Source: Coriobacteriia bacterium
GTDB lineage: Bacteria; Actinomycetota; Coriobacteriia; Anaerosomatales; PALSA-660
Length of the DNA stretch: 64,000 nucleotides
Reading direction: 5' to 3'
NCBI GenBank assembly: GCA_025361885.1
Contig: JANYJF010000001.1
Coordinates: forward strand, 5,208 to 69,207
In this document: positions 24,354 through 33,474 of the stretch, piece by piece
Position numbering within the stretch: position 1 is the stretch's first letter
How the letters are laid out: each line of letters begins with the position of its first letter
The notes under the pieces: model-generated
Seen by the model: only the letters and a program-made list of their open reading frames with translations
What the model was told of the DNA's origin: nothing
The model's database searches: none
Position numbers and translations under genes: made by a program

Positions 24354-24382
24354 TTGACACTCCGTGGGGGCGTGGCTACACT
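24354..24382 (+). promoter_or_regulatory. sigma-70-type promoter for rplM-rpsI (TTGACA, 17-nt spacer, TACACT)
   Basis: Perfect -35 at 24354-24359, exactly 17-nt spacer, TACACT at 24377-24382. About 70 nt upstream of the rplM start. Confidence 0.7.
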
Positions 24383-24452
24383 CAGAGGGTTCGTTTTCGG
24401 AGCCCCGTGAACTCAGAAACGACACGCACGTCCGCATTCCTTTGGAGGAGCA

Positions 24453-24887
24453 TTGAAGACCTACCACGCCAAGCCTGGAGAAGTCGAGCGCGAGTGGCTG
24501 CTGGTCGATGCCACCGATATGGTGCTCGGCCGCCTCTCGAGCGAGGTCGCCCAGATATTGAGGGGCAAGCGCAAGCCGCAGTACACCCCGCACGTCGATA
24601 CCGGTGACTTCGTCATCGTCATCAATGCGTCGAAGGTCAGACTGACCGGTAACAAGCTTGCCGACAAGAAGTACTACCGTCACTCCGGGTTCCCCGGCGG
24701 TCTGAAGGAGACTCCCATCTCCGAACTGCTCGCCAAGGACCCGCGCAAGGTGATCGAAGCTGCCGTCAAGGGCATGCTGCCGAAGAACACGCTCGGTCGC
24801 GCCATGGGGTTGAAGCTCAAGGTCTACGCCGGCGAAGAGCATCCGCATGTCGCACAGAAGCCGCGCCAGATCACGTTGAAGGGCTAG
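24453..24887 (+). CDS. rplM: 50S ribosomal protein L13
   Basis: TTG start after GGAGGAG. (M)[19 protein letters not shown], 144 aa. Confidence 0.96.
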   Translation: MKTYHAKPGEVEREWLLVDATDMVLGRLSSEVAQILRGKRKPQYTPHVDTGDFVIVINASKVRLTGNKLADKKYYRHSGFPGGLKETPISELLAKDPRKVIEAAVKGMLPKNTLGRAMGLKLKVYAGEEHPHVAQKPRQITLKG

Positions 24888-24893
24888 CTCGAT

Positions 24894-25289
24894 ATGGCTG
24901 ACACTGCTATCTACTACGGGACCGGCCGCCGCAAGACCTCGGTCGCGCGCGTCCGCATCAAGCCGGGCACCGGCATCATCACCGTCAACGGCAAGGAGGC
25001 CGCCGGCTACTTCGGTCGCGCCGTGCTGATGACCGACATCAACATGCCGTTCAAGGTCACCGAGACCGTGGGCCGCTTCGATGTCATCGCTTCGCTCCAC
25101 GGTGGTGGCCTGTCCGGCCAGGCCGGCGCCCTGCGTCACGGCATCGCCCGCGCGCTGCTCGAGGCCGGCGACGACTATCGCCCGGTGCTCAAGAGCAACG
25201 GCCTGCTGCGCCGCGACCCCCGCATGGTCGAGCGCAAGAAGTACGGACTGAAGAAGGCCCGCAAGCGGCCGCAGTTCTCCAAGCGCTAG
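24894..25289 (+). CDS. rpsI: 30S ribosomal protein S9
   Basis: 131 aa, ends [12 protein letters not shown]. Confidence 0.96.
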   Translation: MADTAIYYGTGRRKTSVARVRIKPGTGIITVNGKEAAGYFGRAVLMTDINMPFKVTETVGRFDVIASLHGGGLSGQAGALRHGIARALLEAGDDYRPVLKSNGLLRRDPRMVERKKYGLKKARKRPQFSKR

Positions 25290-25325
25290 TCTCGAGCGAG
25301 GTCCAGCACCGACTCCGCTGCGAAT

Positions 25326-25359
25326 ACGGGGCGGCCCGCCACACGGCGGGCCGCCCCGT
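25326..25359 (+). terminator. Hairpin after rpsI (perfect 15-bp stem ACGGGGCGGCCCGCC/GGCGGGCCGCCCCGT, loop ACAC)
   Basis: Read directly. No U-tract. Confidence 0.6.
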
Positions 25360-25427
25360 CGCGCGCGGGGGTAGAATAGGTCCGCTCGCCAGGCGGACGC
25401 ACCAGCGAGAAAGCCACGAGGGCGACC

Positions 25428-26762
25428 ATGACCCGACTCTTCGGAACCGACGGCGTACGCGGCATCGCGAATGCGGACCTGACCCCCGAACTGGCCTTTC
25501 GGCTCGGCGAGGCTGCCGGCCATTTCCTGGGCGACGGCGGGCGCGGGCGGATCGTGGTCGGCCGTGACACGCGTCGCAGCGGCGACATGCTCGAGGGAGC
25601 GCTGGTAGCGGGCATCTGCTCGGGTGGTGCCGACGCGCTGACCGCGGGCATCGTCCCGACCCCGGCCATCGCTCTTCTCACGCGCGAGTTGGGCGCAGAC
25701 GGCGGAGTGGTCATCTCCGCGTCGCACAACCCGGCCGAGTACAACGGGATCAAGTTCTTCAGCCGGGAGGGTTTCAAGCTGCCCGACGACCTCGAGGACG
25801 AGATCGAGGGCTTCGTGGGCACGGCCCGCGATTGGAAACGGCCGACAGGACTGGACGTGGGGCGGCGCCATGAGATCGGCGACGCCCGCGAGCGCTACAT
25901 CGACCACGCGGTCGCGACCATCTCCGGCGACCTGTCGGGACTGAAGGTCGCGCTGGATTGCGGCCACGGTGCGTCGGCGCTCGTGACACCGGAGGCGTTG
26001 CGACGCTTGGGTGCGGACGTCGTCAGCGTGAACTGCGAGTGGGACGGCATGGACATCAACCTCGACTGCGGCTCGACGCACCTCGACGTCGTCCGCTCTC
26101 TCGTGATGGAGACGGGCGCGGACATCGGGCTCGCGCATGACGGCGACGCCGACCGCGTGCTCGCGATCGATGAGCTCGGCGAGGAAGTCGACGGCGATGC
26201 GATCATCGCGATCTGTGCGACCCGGCTCAAGCACGAAGGCCGGCTACCGGGCAACACGGTGGTCGGCACGGTCATGAGCAACCTCGGCTTCGAGGTGGCC
26301 ATGCGCGAGCAGGGCATCACGGTGGTCAAGACCAATGTCGGCGACCGCTACGTCCTCGACGAGATGCGCGCGATGGGCGTGACTCTGGGAGGCGAGCAGT
26401 CCGGTCACGTGATCTTCTTGGAGCACAACACCACGGGCGACGGGCTCGTGACCGCCCTGCAACTGGCGTCCGTCATGCGGCGGACCGGGTCGCCGCTCTC
26501 CGTGTTGCGCGGGGTCATGCGCCGATACCCCCAGGTGCTCGTCAACGTGCGTGTCGCCGACAAAGCCAAGTTGGCGACGAGCGCGGCCGTACTCGACGCT
26601 GTGGCGGAGGCCGAGACCCAGCTCGGGATGAGCGGGCGCGTCCTCGTGAGGGCATCGGGCACGGAACCGCTGGTTCGCGTCATGGCTGAAGCCTCCGAGC
26701 TCGATGCGGCCCAGGAGACGGTCGACCGGCTCGTCGACGTGGTGCGAGCGGAACTGGGCTGA
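25428..26762 (+). CDS. glmM: Phosphoglucosamine mutase
   Basis: MTRLFGTDGVRG, active-site SASHNPAEYNGIKFF, 444 aa. Confidence 0.96.
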   Translation: MTRLFGTDGVRGIANADLTPELAFRLGEAAGHFLGDGGRGRIVVGRDTRRSGDMLEGALVAGICSGGADALTAGIVPTPAIALLTRELGADGGVVISASHNPAEYNGIKFFSREGFKLPDDLEDEIEGFVGTARDWKRPTGLDVGRRHEIGDARERYIDHAVATISGDLSGLKVALDCGHGASALVTPEALRRLGADVVSVNCEWDGMDINLDCGSTHLDVVRSLVMETGADIGLAHDGDADRVLAIDELGEEVDGDAIIAICATRLKHEGRLPGNTVVGTVMSNLGFEVAMREQGITVVKTNVGDRYVLDEMRAMGVTLGGEQSGHVIFLEHNTTGDGLVTALQLASVMRRTGSPLSVLRGVMRRYPQVLVNVRVADKAKLATSAAVLDAVAEAETQLGMSGRVLVRASGTEPLVRVMAEASELDAAQETVDRLVDVVRAELG

Positions 26763-26904
26763 TCCGTCCTCAATGCCGTAACCCTGCCGTTACGGCTGGC
26801 GACGAGCCCCTTCGGGTACACTGGACGCAGCCGCACGAGGTTGTGACCGACACCCGCGGCCGGAAGGAGGCGACCTTAAGCCACCAGTCGTACGGAGGCA
26901 CCAA

Positions 26905-27066
26905 GCAAGCGCCGGGACTGCGAGACAGAGCACTTCTGTGCAGTCGACGAGGCGGGGGCTGATCGAAAGATTCGGCGGATGGCCCCCCGGCACACCGGAG
27001 TCGTGACCGTACCCGACAAATCCCGCGGGTGACCGCGGGGACAGAACGGGACGGGACCGGTACCAT
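26905..27066 (+). ncRNA. glmS ribozyme: glmS ribozyme (GlcN6P-dependent self-cleaving riboswitch) in the glmS 5' leader
   Basis: The cleavage-site context A|GCGCC has A at 26908. P1 is GACUGC...GCAGUC. The conserved core GACGAGGCGGGGGCUGAUCGAAAGAUUCGGCGGAUGGCCCCCCGG matches the family consensus (GACGAGG..GGGG..AUCGAA..UUCGGCGGAUG.C.CCCGG). A peripheral hairpin CCCGCGG-GUGA-CCGCGGG follows. The element sits about 120 nt upstream of glmS. Confidence 0.88.
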
Positions 27067-27184
27067 CGCGCGCATCGCGCATACACCCCTCACGCTTCAT
27101 GCAGCCGCAATGGCCGCAGTGTGCGTCGGGCTGGGTGCTACCCGGAACGCGACCTGACCGCTTCCTGGAATCAAGGAGGCTCAT

Positions 27185-29011
27185 ATGTGTGGAATCGTCG
27201 GATACGTGGGACAGAAGCGCGCCACAGACGTGCTTCTCAAGGGGCTGGCCAGCCTGGAGTACCGCGGCTACGATTCGGCCGGCGTGGCCGTGGTGTGTGA
27301 CGGTGAGCTCATGGTGACGCGTCGCGTTGGCAAGCTGGCCGCGCTGCGGGACGTCATCGACGCCGCTCCGCCCCAGGGCACGACGGGCATCGGCCACACC
27401 CGCTGGGCGACGCACGGCCGGCCCAGCGAGGAGAACGCTCACCCCCATATCGACTGCGATGGCGCGCTCGCGGTCGTGCACAATGGGATCATCGAGAACT
27501 ACATGGACCTGCGCGAGGAGTTGACCGCCGCCGGGCATGCCTTCACATCGGAGACGGATACCGAGACGATCTCCCATCTGATCGAGGCGTGCTACACGGG
27601 CGATCTGACAAGCGCGGTCCAAGCCGCGCTCGCACGCCTCGACGGTGCGTACGCGATCGCCGTCGCACACCGCGACCATCCCGGCGAGATCATCGCGGCT
27701 CGCAAGGATTCGCCTTTGATCATCGGGATAGGGGACGGCGAGAACATCGTCGCCAGTGACATCCCGGCTGTGCTCGCCTACACCCGCGATGTCATGATCC
27801 TCGATGACGGTCAGGTCGCCACGGTGACCGCCGCGGGTGTGCGCGTGGTCGACCTGTCGGGCGCCGAGGTCACACCGGAGCGGATGCTCGTGGAGTGGGA
27901 CCTTGCCGCCGCCGAGAAGGGCGGATACGACGACTTTATGCTCAAGGAGATACATGAGCAGCCTCGCGCGATCCGTGAGACGCTGCTGGGCCGGATGGGC
28001 GACGACGGTCGCATCCAACTCTCAGAGCTCGCCATGGACGACGACGCGCTGCGCGCGATCGCCCGGGTGACCATCATCGCGTGCGGGACGTCGTATCACG
28101 CAGCGCTCGTTGCCAAGACCCTGATCGAGACGTGGGCGCGGGTGCCGGTCGAGGTGGACTTCTCGAGCGAGTTCCGGTACCGCGAACCGATCGTGGGTCC
28201 CGACACACTCGTGGTGGCCATCACCCAGTCGGGCGAGACGGCCGACACGCTGGCCGCTCTTCGCACTGCTCGCCAGCGCGGAGCTCGGGCCATTTCGATC
28301 ACCAATGTGGTCGGCAGCCGCGTGACCCGCGAGTCCGACGGCGTCATCTACACCCACGCCGGGCCGGAGATCGGCGTGGCGGCCACCAAGACGTTCACGG
28401 CCCAACTAGCGGCGGTCTACGTCCTCGCGCTCTACCTCGCGCAGGTGCACGGACGCTTGTCCGTCGACGAGGTCCGCGCCGTGTGGGACCAGCTTCAGGC
28501 GATGCCGGACGTAGTGCAGCGTATCCTGGCGGACGACGCGGCCATCCTTGCATGCGCCGAGGAGTTCGACAGCCCGGTCAGCTCCCTGTTCCTGGGTCGC
28601 GGCATCGGGGTTCCCGCCGCGATGGAGGGCGCCCTCAAGCTCAAGGAGATCTCCTACATCCACGCGGAAGCATATGCCGCCGGCGAGATGAAGCACGGTC
28701 CGATCGCGTTGATCACGCCGGAGGTGCCGGTCGTCGTGGTTGCGCTGCAGGGTCACACGTATGAGAAGGTCGTATCCAACGTCCAGGAGGTGCGGGCGCG
28801 CGGAGCGCAGGTGATGGCCGTTGCGACCGAGGGCGATACCGCGATCGGCAAGCACGCCGAGCATGTCCTGTTCGTGCCCGCCGTGCCCGAGCTGCTCTCC
28901 GTCATCCCGGCGGTCGTGCCGCTGCAGCTGCTGGCCTACCATGTGGCCAAGCTCCGAGGGTGCAATGTCGACCAGCCGCGCAACCTCGCCAAGTCCGTCA
29001 CCGTGGAGTAA
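27185..29011 (+). CDS. glmS: Glutamine--fructose-6-phosphate aminotransferase
   Basis: MCGIVGYVG N-terminal nucleophile Cys, two SIS domains, ends KSVTVE. 608 aa. Confidence 0.97.
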   Translation: MCGIVGYVGQKRATDVLLKGLASLEYRGYDSAGVAVVCDGELMVTRRVGKLAALRDVIDAAPPQGTTGIGHTRWATHGRPSEENAHPHIDCDGALAVVHNGIIENYMDLREELTAAGHAFTSETDTETISHLIEACYTGDLTSAVQAALARLDGAYAIAVAHRDHPGEIIAARKDSPLIIGIGDGENIVASDIPAVLAYTRDVMILDDGQVATVTAAGVRVVDLSGAEVTPERMLVEWDLAAAEKGGYDDFMLKEIHEQPRAIRETLLGRMGDDGRIQLSELAMDDDALRAIARVTIIACGTSYHAALVAKTLIETWARVPVEVDFSSEFRYREPIVGPDTLVVAITQSGETADTLAALRTARQRGARAISITNVVGSRVTRESDGVIYTHAGPEIGVAATKTFTAQLAAVYVLALYLAQVHGRLSVDEVRAVWDQLQAMPDVVQRILADDAAILACAEEFDSPVSSLFLGRGIGVPAAMEGALKLKEISYIHAEAYAAGEMKHGPIALITPEVPVVVVALQGHTYEKVVSNVQEVRARGAQVMAVATEGDTAIGKHAEHVLFVPAVPELLSVIPAVVPLQLLAYHVAKLRGCNVDQPRNLAKSVTVE

Positions 29012-29024
29012 GGGACAGGTTGAG

Positions 29025-29489
29025 ATGATCGAAGGGCTTGGCGTCGACATTGTCGAGATCGACAGGATGGCAGCTGCGCTCGCACGCCATCCGCGGATGA
29101 AGGAAAGGATCTTCTCGGAGCGGGAGCGCCGGTACTGCGACGCACGCAACCGGCCCGAAGTGCACTACGCGCTGCGCTTCGCGGCGAAGGAAGCCGTGCT
29201 CAAGGCGCTCGGGACCGGTTTTTCGGGGATGAAGTTCACGGACGTCGAGGTCATGCGCGACCCGAAGGGGCGCCCGTCGCCCCAGTTGTCGGGGCGTGCC
29301 GCCGAGGTCGCCGCGGAGATGGGAATCGTGGAGATGCACCTCTCGCTGTCGTACACGCACACGACGGCGGTGGCGTCCGCGGTAGCCATCACCGAGCGGA
29401 TGCGGCCGGCATCCGAGCCACAGGACGCGGCGTCGATGCGAAACGCGACGTTCAAGGAGATGCGAGGGCTCATCGACGATGTCGACTAG
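29025..29489 (+). CDS. acpS: Holo-[acyl-carrier-protein] synthase
   Basis: MIEGLGVDIVEIDRM...FAAKEAVLKALG, 154 aa (about 30-aa C-terminal tail). Confidence 0.9.
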   Translation: MIEGLGVDIVEIDRMAAALARHPRMKERIFSERERRYCDARNRPEVHYALRFAAKEAVLKALGTGFSGMKFTDVEVMRDPKGRPSPQLSGRAAEVAAEMGIVEMHLSLSYTHTTAVASAVAITERMRPASEPQDAASMRNATFKEMRGLIDDVD

Positions 29490-29552
29490 GGCTGGGCGGG
29501 GACCGCAGGGACACACCCTGCGTCAGGGGCGGCCGGATCCGAGGAGGACGTC

Positions 29553-31109
29553 GTGCTCCAAGCGCTGACAGCCGCACAGATCCGCACAGCCGAGGAGCGA
29601 GCGGTCGCTCGAGGCATGAGTCTGGCGACGCTCATGGAGCGCGCGGGCTCGACGGTCGCCGCGGAGGCCGTCTCGCTCGCTCCCGATGGCCGGGTCGTTG
29701 TCGTGGCCGGAAAAGGGAACAACGGCGGGGACGGCTGGGTCGCGGCGCGCTGCCTGCACGAGGCCGGACGCGACGTGCACGTGCTCGCACTGGCGGCGCC
29801 GGAAGCCCTCGCGGCTCCAGCGGGCGCTGCAGCCCGCCTGGCCGTGAACATCGGCGTCGCATGGACGCTCCTGGAGTCCGACGAGGCGCTGCTCCTGGGC
29901 CTGGCCGGCGTCACGCTCGTCATAGACGCACTGCTCGGGACGGGAGCTGTCGGCGCCCCGCGTGAGCCATACGCTCGCGCCATCGAGGCGATCGGGGAGT
30001 CGGATAGCCGCGTGCTTTCGATAGACGTCCCGTCCGGTGTCGATGCCGACACCGGGGCTGCGCCGGGCACGGCTGTTGCCGCGGACGTCACGGTGACGTT
30101 CTCATCGCTGAAGCGGGGGCTCGTGGTGGGTGCGGGTGCGCGACTCGCCGGCGAGGTCGTGGTGGCCGACATCGGGATCGCAGGGACGGACCTCGAGTTC
30201 GATGCGGTACTCGAGACGTGGTCGTGGGACGAGTATCGCGATCTGCTGCCGCTCCCGGTATTCGACGCGAACAAGCGCTCCAGGGGGCACGTCCTCGTCA
30301 TCGGAGGAGCGCCCGGCATGACCGGCGCGGTGTGTCTCGCGGCGATGGGCGCTCTTCGCATGGGAGCCGGGTACGTGACGGTGGCCGTGCCCGCCCCGTC
30401 GATGCAGGTGGTCGAGACGAAGCTCACCGCTCCCGTGAAGGTGGCGCTGGATTGGGACCCCGAAGTCGGGCTCAGCGGGTCCGCCGTCGCTCGCGTGATG
30501 GAACTCTCCGCGGCAGCCGATGCCGTCGTGCTCGGATGTGGGCTCGGTCGTCTGCCGGGCACCGTGGAGGCGGTCCTGCGGCTCAGTGAGGATCTCACCT
30601 GCCCGCTTCTTCTCGACGCCGATGGGTTGTATGCAGCGGGACTCTTCCCGGAGCGGCTCGCCTCCCGCACGGCGGCGACGGTGCTCACGCCGCATTCGGG
30701 CGAAGCCGCCCGTCTCCTGGGCTACGGTTCGGGGGCCCGGGTCGAAGCCGACCGTCCGGCTGCCGCGGTCGCGCTCGTGGCCGCCGCCGGTCCGCGCACC
30801 GTGGCCGTCCTCAAGGGACCGCGCACCCTCATCGCGAGCGGAGGCAGGCTCATCGCGAACATGACAGGCGGACCGGCGCTGGCGACCCTCGGCACGGGGG
30901 ACGTGCTCGCGGGCATGTGCGGCGCCCTGCTCGCGCAGGGACTCGATCCCGTCGACGCCTCAGCGCTCGCCGTGCATCTCCACGGCGCCGCAGGCGACTT
31001 GGCCGTCGAGGCGCTCACCCCGGTTTGTTCGACCGCCGAGGACGTGCTTACATATGTTCCGCGGGCCGTTCACGCGCTGCTCGGCACCCATAGCCCGCAT
31101 ACCGACTGA
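29553..31109 (+). CDS. nnr: Bifunctional NAD(P)H-hydrate epimerase / ADP-dependent dehydratase
   Basis: N-terminal YjeF_N with GKGNNGGDG. C-terminal carbohydrate-kinase-like domain with GTGDVLAG. 518 aa. Confidence 0.9.
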   Translation: MLQALTAAQIRTAEERAVARGMSLATLMERAGSTVAAEAVSLAPDGRVVVVAGKGNNGGDGWVAARCLHEAGRDVHVLALAAPEALAAPAGAAARLAVNIGVAWTLLESDEALLLGLAGVTLVIDALLGTGAVGAPREPYARAIEAIGESDSRVLSIDVPSGVDADTGAAPGTAVAADVTVTFSSLKRGLVVGAGARLAGEVVVADIGIAGTDLEFDAVLETWSWDEYRDLLPLPVFDANKRSRGHVLVIGGAPGMTGAVCLAAMGALRMGAGYVTVAVPAPSMQVVETKLTAPVKVALDWDPEVGLSGSAVARVMELSAAADAVVLGCGLGRLPGTVEAVLRLSEDLTCPLLLDADGLYAAGLFPERLASRTAATVLTPHSGEAARLLGYGSGARVEADRPAAAVALVAAAGPRTVAVLKGPRTLIASGGRLIANMTGGPALATLGTGDVLAGMCGALLAQGLDPVDASALAVHLHGAAGDLAVEALTPVCSTAEDVLTYVPRAVHALLGTHSPHTD

Positions 31110-31161
31110 TCGGACCGCATCCCGGACGCGTCCGCGCCCGGCGTCACATGGAGGCACAAAG

Positions 31162-31623
31162 ATGGCCGACATCATCGCACGAGACATCATGACGCCCGAT
31201 CCGATCACAGTCGCCGAAGATGTGCCGGTGACGGACGCGGCCCACCTGATGTCGGAGAACAACGTGGGGGCTCTGCCGGTCATCCGCGACGGCAAGCTCG
31301 TCGGAATCGTAACGGAGAGCGATCTGATCATGCAGGACGTGCGCGCCCAGTTCCCGACCTACATCTCACTGCTCGGCGGCGTGATCATGTATCCGCCGTC
31401 GGTCAAGCGCTTCGAAGAGGGGCTGAAGAAGGCCGTTGCGGCGACGGTGGGCGAGGTCATGACGCCCGACCCCGTGGTCGTCGGTCCCAGCGCCTCCATC
31501 GAGGATCTCGCGACCCTGCTCGTCAACCGCGAGGTCAGCAGGCTCCCGGTCGTCGACGGCGGGAAGCTGATAGGCATCATCTCCAAGCACGACCTCGTGC
31601 GCTCGCTCGCATCGGAGGGCTAG
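31162..31623 (+). CDS. CBS-pair domain protein
   Basis: Two CBS repeats (DIMTPDPITV...ALPVI; EVMTPDPVVV...RLPVV), 153 aa. Confidence 0.85.
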   Translation: MADIIARDIMTPDPITVAEDVPVTDAAHLMSENNVGALPVIRDGKLVGIVTESDLIMQDVRAQFPTYISLLGGVIMYPPSVKRFEEGLKKAVAATVGEVMTPDPVVVGPSASIEDLATLLVNREVSRLPVVDGGKLIGIISKHDLVRSLASEG

Positions 31624-31625
31624 GG

Positions 31626-32753
31626 GTGCCGAACCCGCGCGGCGCGTGGATCGAGGTAGACGTATCGGCGATCGCCGACAACGTCCGGGCGCTCAAGGCG
31701 ATGATCGCGCCCAAGACCCTGTTCATGGCCGTCGTGAAGGCCGACGGCTATGGCCACGGAGCGGTGCAGGTGGCGCGCGCGGCACTCTCCGCACGGGCCG
31801 ACCGGCTCGGGGTCGCCACGATCGACGAGGGTGCCGAGCTGCGCGGCGCCGGGATCGAGGCGCCGATCCAACTGCTCTCCGAGCCCCCCGCGATGGGCGC
31901 CCATGCGGTCGTCGAGCATCGGCTGACTCCGGCGCTGTACTCACGCGACTTCGCGATCGGACTCTCTCGTGCGGCGACACTCTCCCAGCGCACGGTCAGG
32001 TTCCACCTCAAGATCGACTCCGGCATGAACCGGATCGGCGTCAAGGCCGAGGATGCCGCGGACTTCGTCGAGTCGCTCCGCGGTCTGCCGGGCCTCGAGA
32101 TGGAAGGCGTGTTCACCCACTTCGCCACCGCGGACGTCCCCGGGGACTGGGAATTCGAGCGGCAGCTCGAGCGATTCCAGGCGGCCGTGGGGGAGATGCG
32201 CGACCGGGGGATGGACCCCGGCATCGTTCACGCGGCGAACAGCCCCGCCACCATCCTGCATCCGGAGACACACCTCGACATGGTCCGATGCGGCATCGCG
32301 CTATACGGACTGCACCCTTCGCCCGAGACCGCCACCAAGGTGGAGCTGCGTCCCGCGATGTCGGTCAAAGCCAAGGTGTCGCGCGTACGGCGGCTCGCGA
32401 TGGGCGAAGGCGTCAGCTATGGGTTCACGTGGCATGCGCCGTCGCCGACGACGGTCGCCACGATGCCGGTCGGATACGCCGACGGGTTCCGGCGCGGCCT
32501 TTCGAACAAGGCGCGCGTGCTGGCCGGCGGCGTGGCGTGCCGGCAGGTGGGGCGCGTGTGCATGGATCAATTCATGTTCGAGGTCCCGCGCGGCGTCGAG
32601 GTCGAGGCCGGCGATGAAGTCGTACTCGTTGGTGTCCAGGGGACGGAGCGCGTGACGCTCGACGAGCACGCCGAGGCGTGCGACACCATCAACTACGAGA
32701 TCGCGTGCGGCTTCGGTCTGCGCCTCGAGCGGCGGTACGTGCAGGGCTCGTAG
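31626..32753 (+). CDS. alr: Alanine racemase
   Basis: PLP-lysine motif AVVKADGYGHG, 375 aa, GTG start. Confidence 0.94.
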   Translation: MPNPRGAWIEVDVSAIADNVRALKAMIAPKTLFMAVVKADGYGHGAVQVARAALSARADRLGVATIDEGAELRGAGIEAPIQLLSEPPAMGAHAVVEHRLTPALYSRDFAIGLSRAATLSQRTVRFHLKIDSGMNRIGVKAEDAADFVESLRGLPGLEMEGVFTHFATADVPGDWEFERQLERFQAAVGEMRDRGMDPGIVHAANSPATILHPETHLDMVRCGIALYGLHPSPETATKVELRPAMSVKAKVSRVRRLAMGEGVSYGFTWHAPSPTTVATMPVGYADGFRRGLSNKARVLAGGVACRQVGRVCMDQFMFEVPRGVEVEAGDEVVLVGVQGTERVTLDEHAEACDTINYEIACGFGLRLERRYVQGS

Positions 32754-32788
32754 GTCCGCCGCCGGCTCTGGGTCCATGGCAGCGCACC

Positions 32789-32815
32789 GGGCGCTCCGCA
32801 CACGCGAGAGCGCCC
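32789..32815 (+). terminator. Hairpin after alr (8-bp stem GGGCGCTC/GAGCGCCC, 11-nt loop)
   Basis: Inverted repeat read directly. Modest stem, no U-tract. Confidence 0.35.
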
Positions 32816-33037
32816 GCGAGCCGCGCATCACCGTGGCGCGATGCCCGTCCGCGAGCGTTCCTTGCCGATCTTGCAGGAAAGCCGTGCATGCTGGCGAACA
32901 CATTCCACGAGGAGCACCACGGGGATGGGGTCCCGAGCGACGACATCAGTCGAGCGGGACTTACCACGGTGGACTCCCCGTGTGCTGCCAGCCGTGAGTG
33001 CGGCCCAGACGGGCGCCGGATCGAAGGGACCTGAGTA

Positions 33038-33406
33038 GTGGACGAGAAAGTCCTCGAGGAGATCCAGTTCCACCAGGACGTCATCAACAAGGACGCCGAC
33101 TCTCCGCTGTTCCAGATCCGCGAGAAGGAGATCGAGATCTCGGGTCGCGTGCTGGCCGCGAAGACCAAGGCGGAGGCCGTCGTCGCGGAGGCCCGCAAGA
33201 AGGCCGCCGAGACTGTCGGCAAGGCCGACGATGAAGGCGAGCGCCTGGCACGGGAGCACGAGGCCAAGGCGCTGGCGGCGGCTGAGGCCGAGGCTGTCAA
33301 GATCCGCTCCAGCGTCGGCGTCGATGTCGAGACGATCCAGGCCACCATCTCTTCGCGCTCGAGCGACGCAGTGGCGCTCGTCGTCGACATGATCAAGGGT
33401 TCATAG
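33038..33406 (+). CDS. A/V-type ATP synthase small peripheral-stalk subunit (G/H-type)
   Basis: 122-aa Ala/Glu/Lys-rich coiled-coil protein. It is the first gene of an operon with the order x-I-K-E-C-F-A-B-D. Assigned by position and composition only. Confidence 0.6.
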   Translation: MDEKVLEEIQFHQDVINKDADSPLFQIREKEIEISGRVLAAKTKAEAVVAEARKKAAETVGKADDEGERLAREHEAKALAAAEAEAVKIRSSVGVDVETIQATISSRSSDAVALVVDMIKGS

Positions 33407-33474
33407 GACGAGCTTCGTCTCGTCTCGTTCGTTCCATCAAGCTCGTGGAGGGGGTGGTTCTGGTGTTGGTCCCT

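Noticed and set aside
24383-24452. Known L13 (rplM) leader RNA motif downstream of the strong rplM promoter
   Set aside because: The 70-nt leader could fold, but I cannot match it to the Bacilli L13-leader consensus from memory. It is left as an unassigned 5' UTR rather than called as an ncRNA.
23391-26234. 947-aa minus-strand ORF, with similar giants at 52348..55176 (942 aa), 3067..4920 (617 aa), 46823..48658 (611 aa) and 19535..21349 (604 aa)
   Set aside because: All are antisense to well-identified + strand genes (truA/rplM/rpsI/glmM; guaA/aroQ/DAHPS; fusA; groEL; rpoA/rplQ/ecfA1) and show no protein-like motifs. They are high-GC shadow ORFs.
26775-26796. Perfect 8-bp hairpin GCCGTAAC-CCTGCC-GTTACGGC right after glmM as a terminator separating glmM from the glmS ribozyme
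   Set aside because: The stem is short with no U-tract, and I could not find a convincing promoter between it and the ribozyme. Whether glmS is co-transcribed with glmM is therefore undecidable from sequence, and it is not listed as a feature.
33445-33474. Upstream GTG (33445) as the atpI start, giving MEGVVLVLVP- before MAKVEIIG
   Set aside because: Not excluded. GGAGGGGG overlaps the GTG rather than preceding it, and the family N-terminus usually begins near M-x-K-V/M-x-I-I-G. I therefore prefer the ATG at 33475, but the confidence in the exact start is low.
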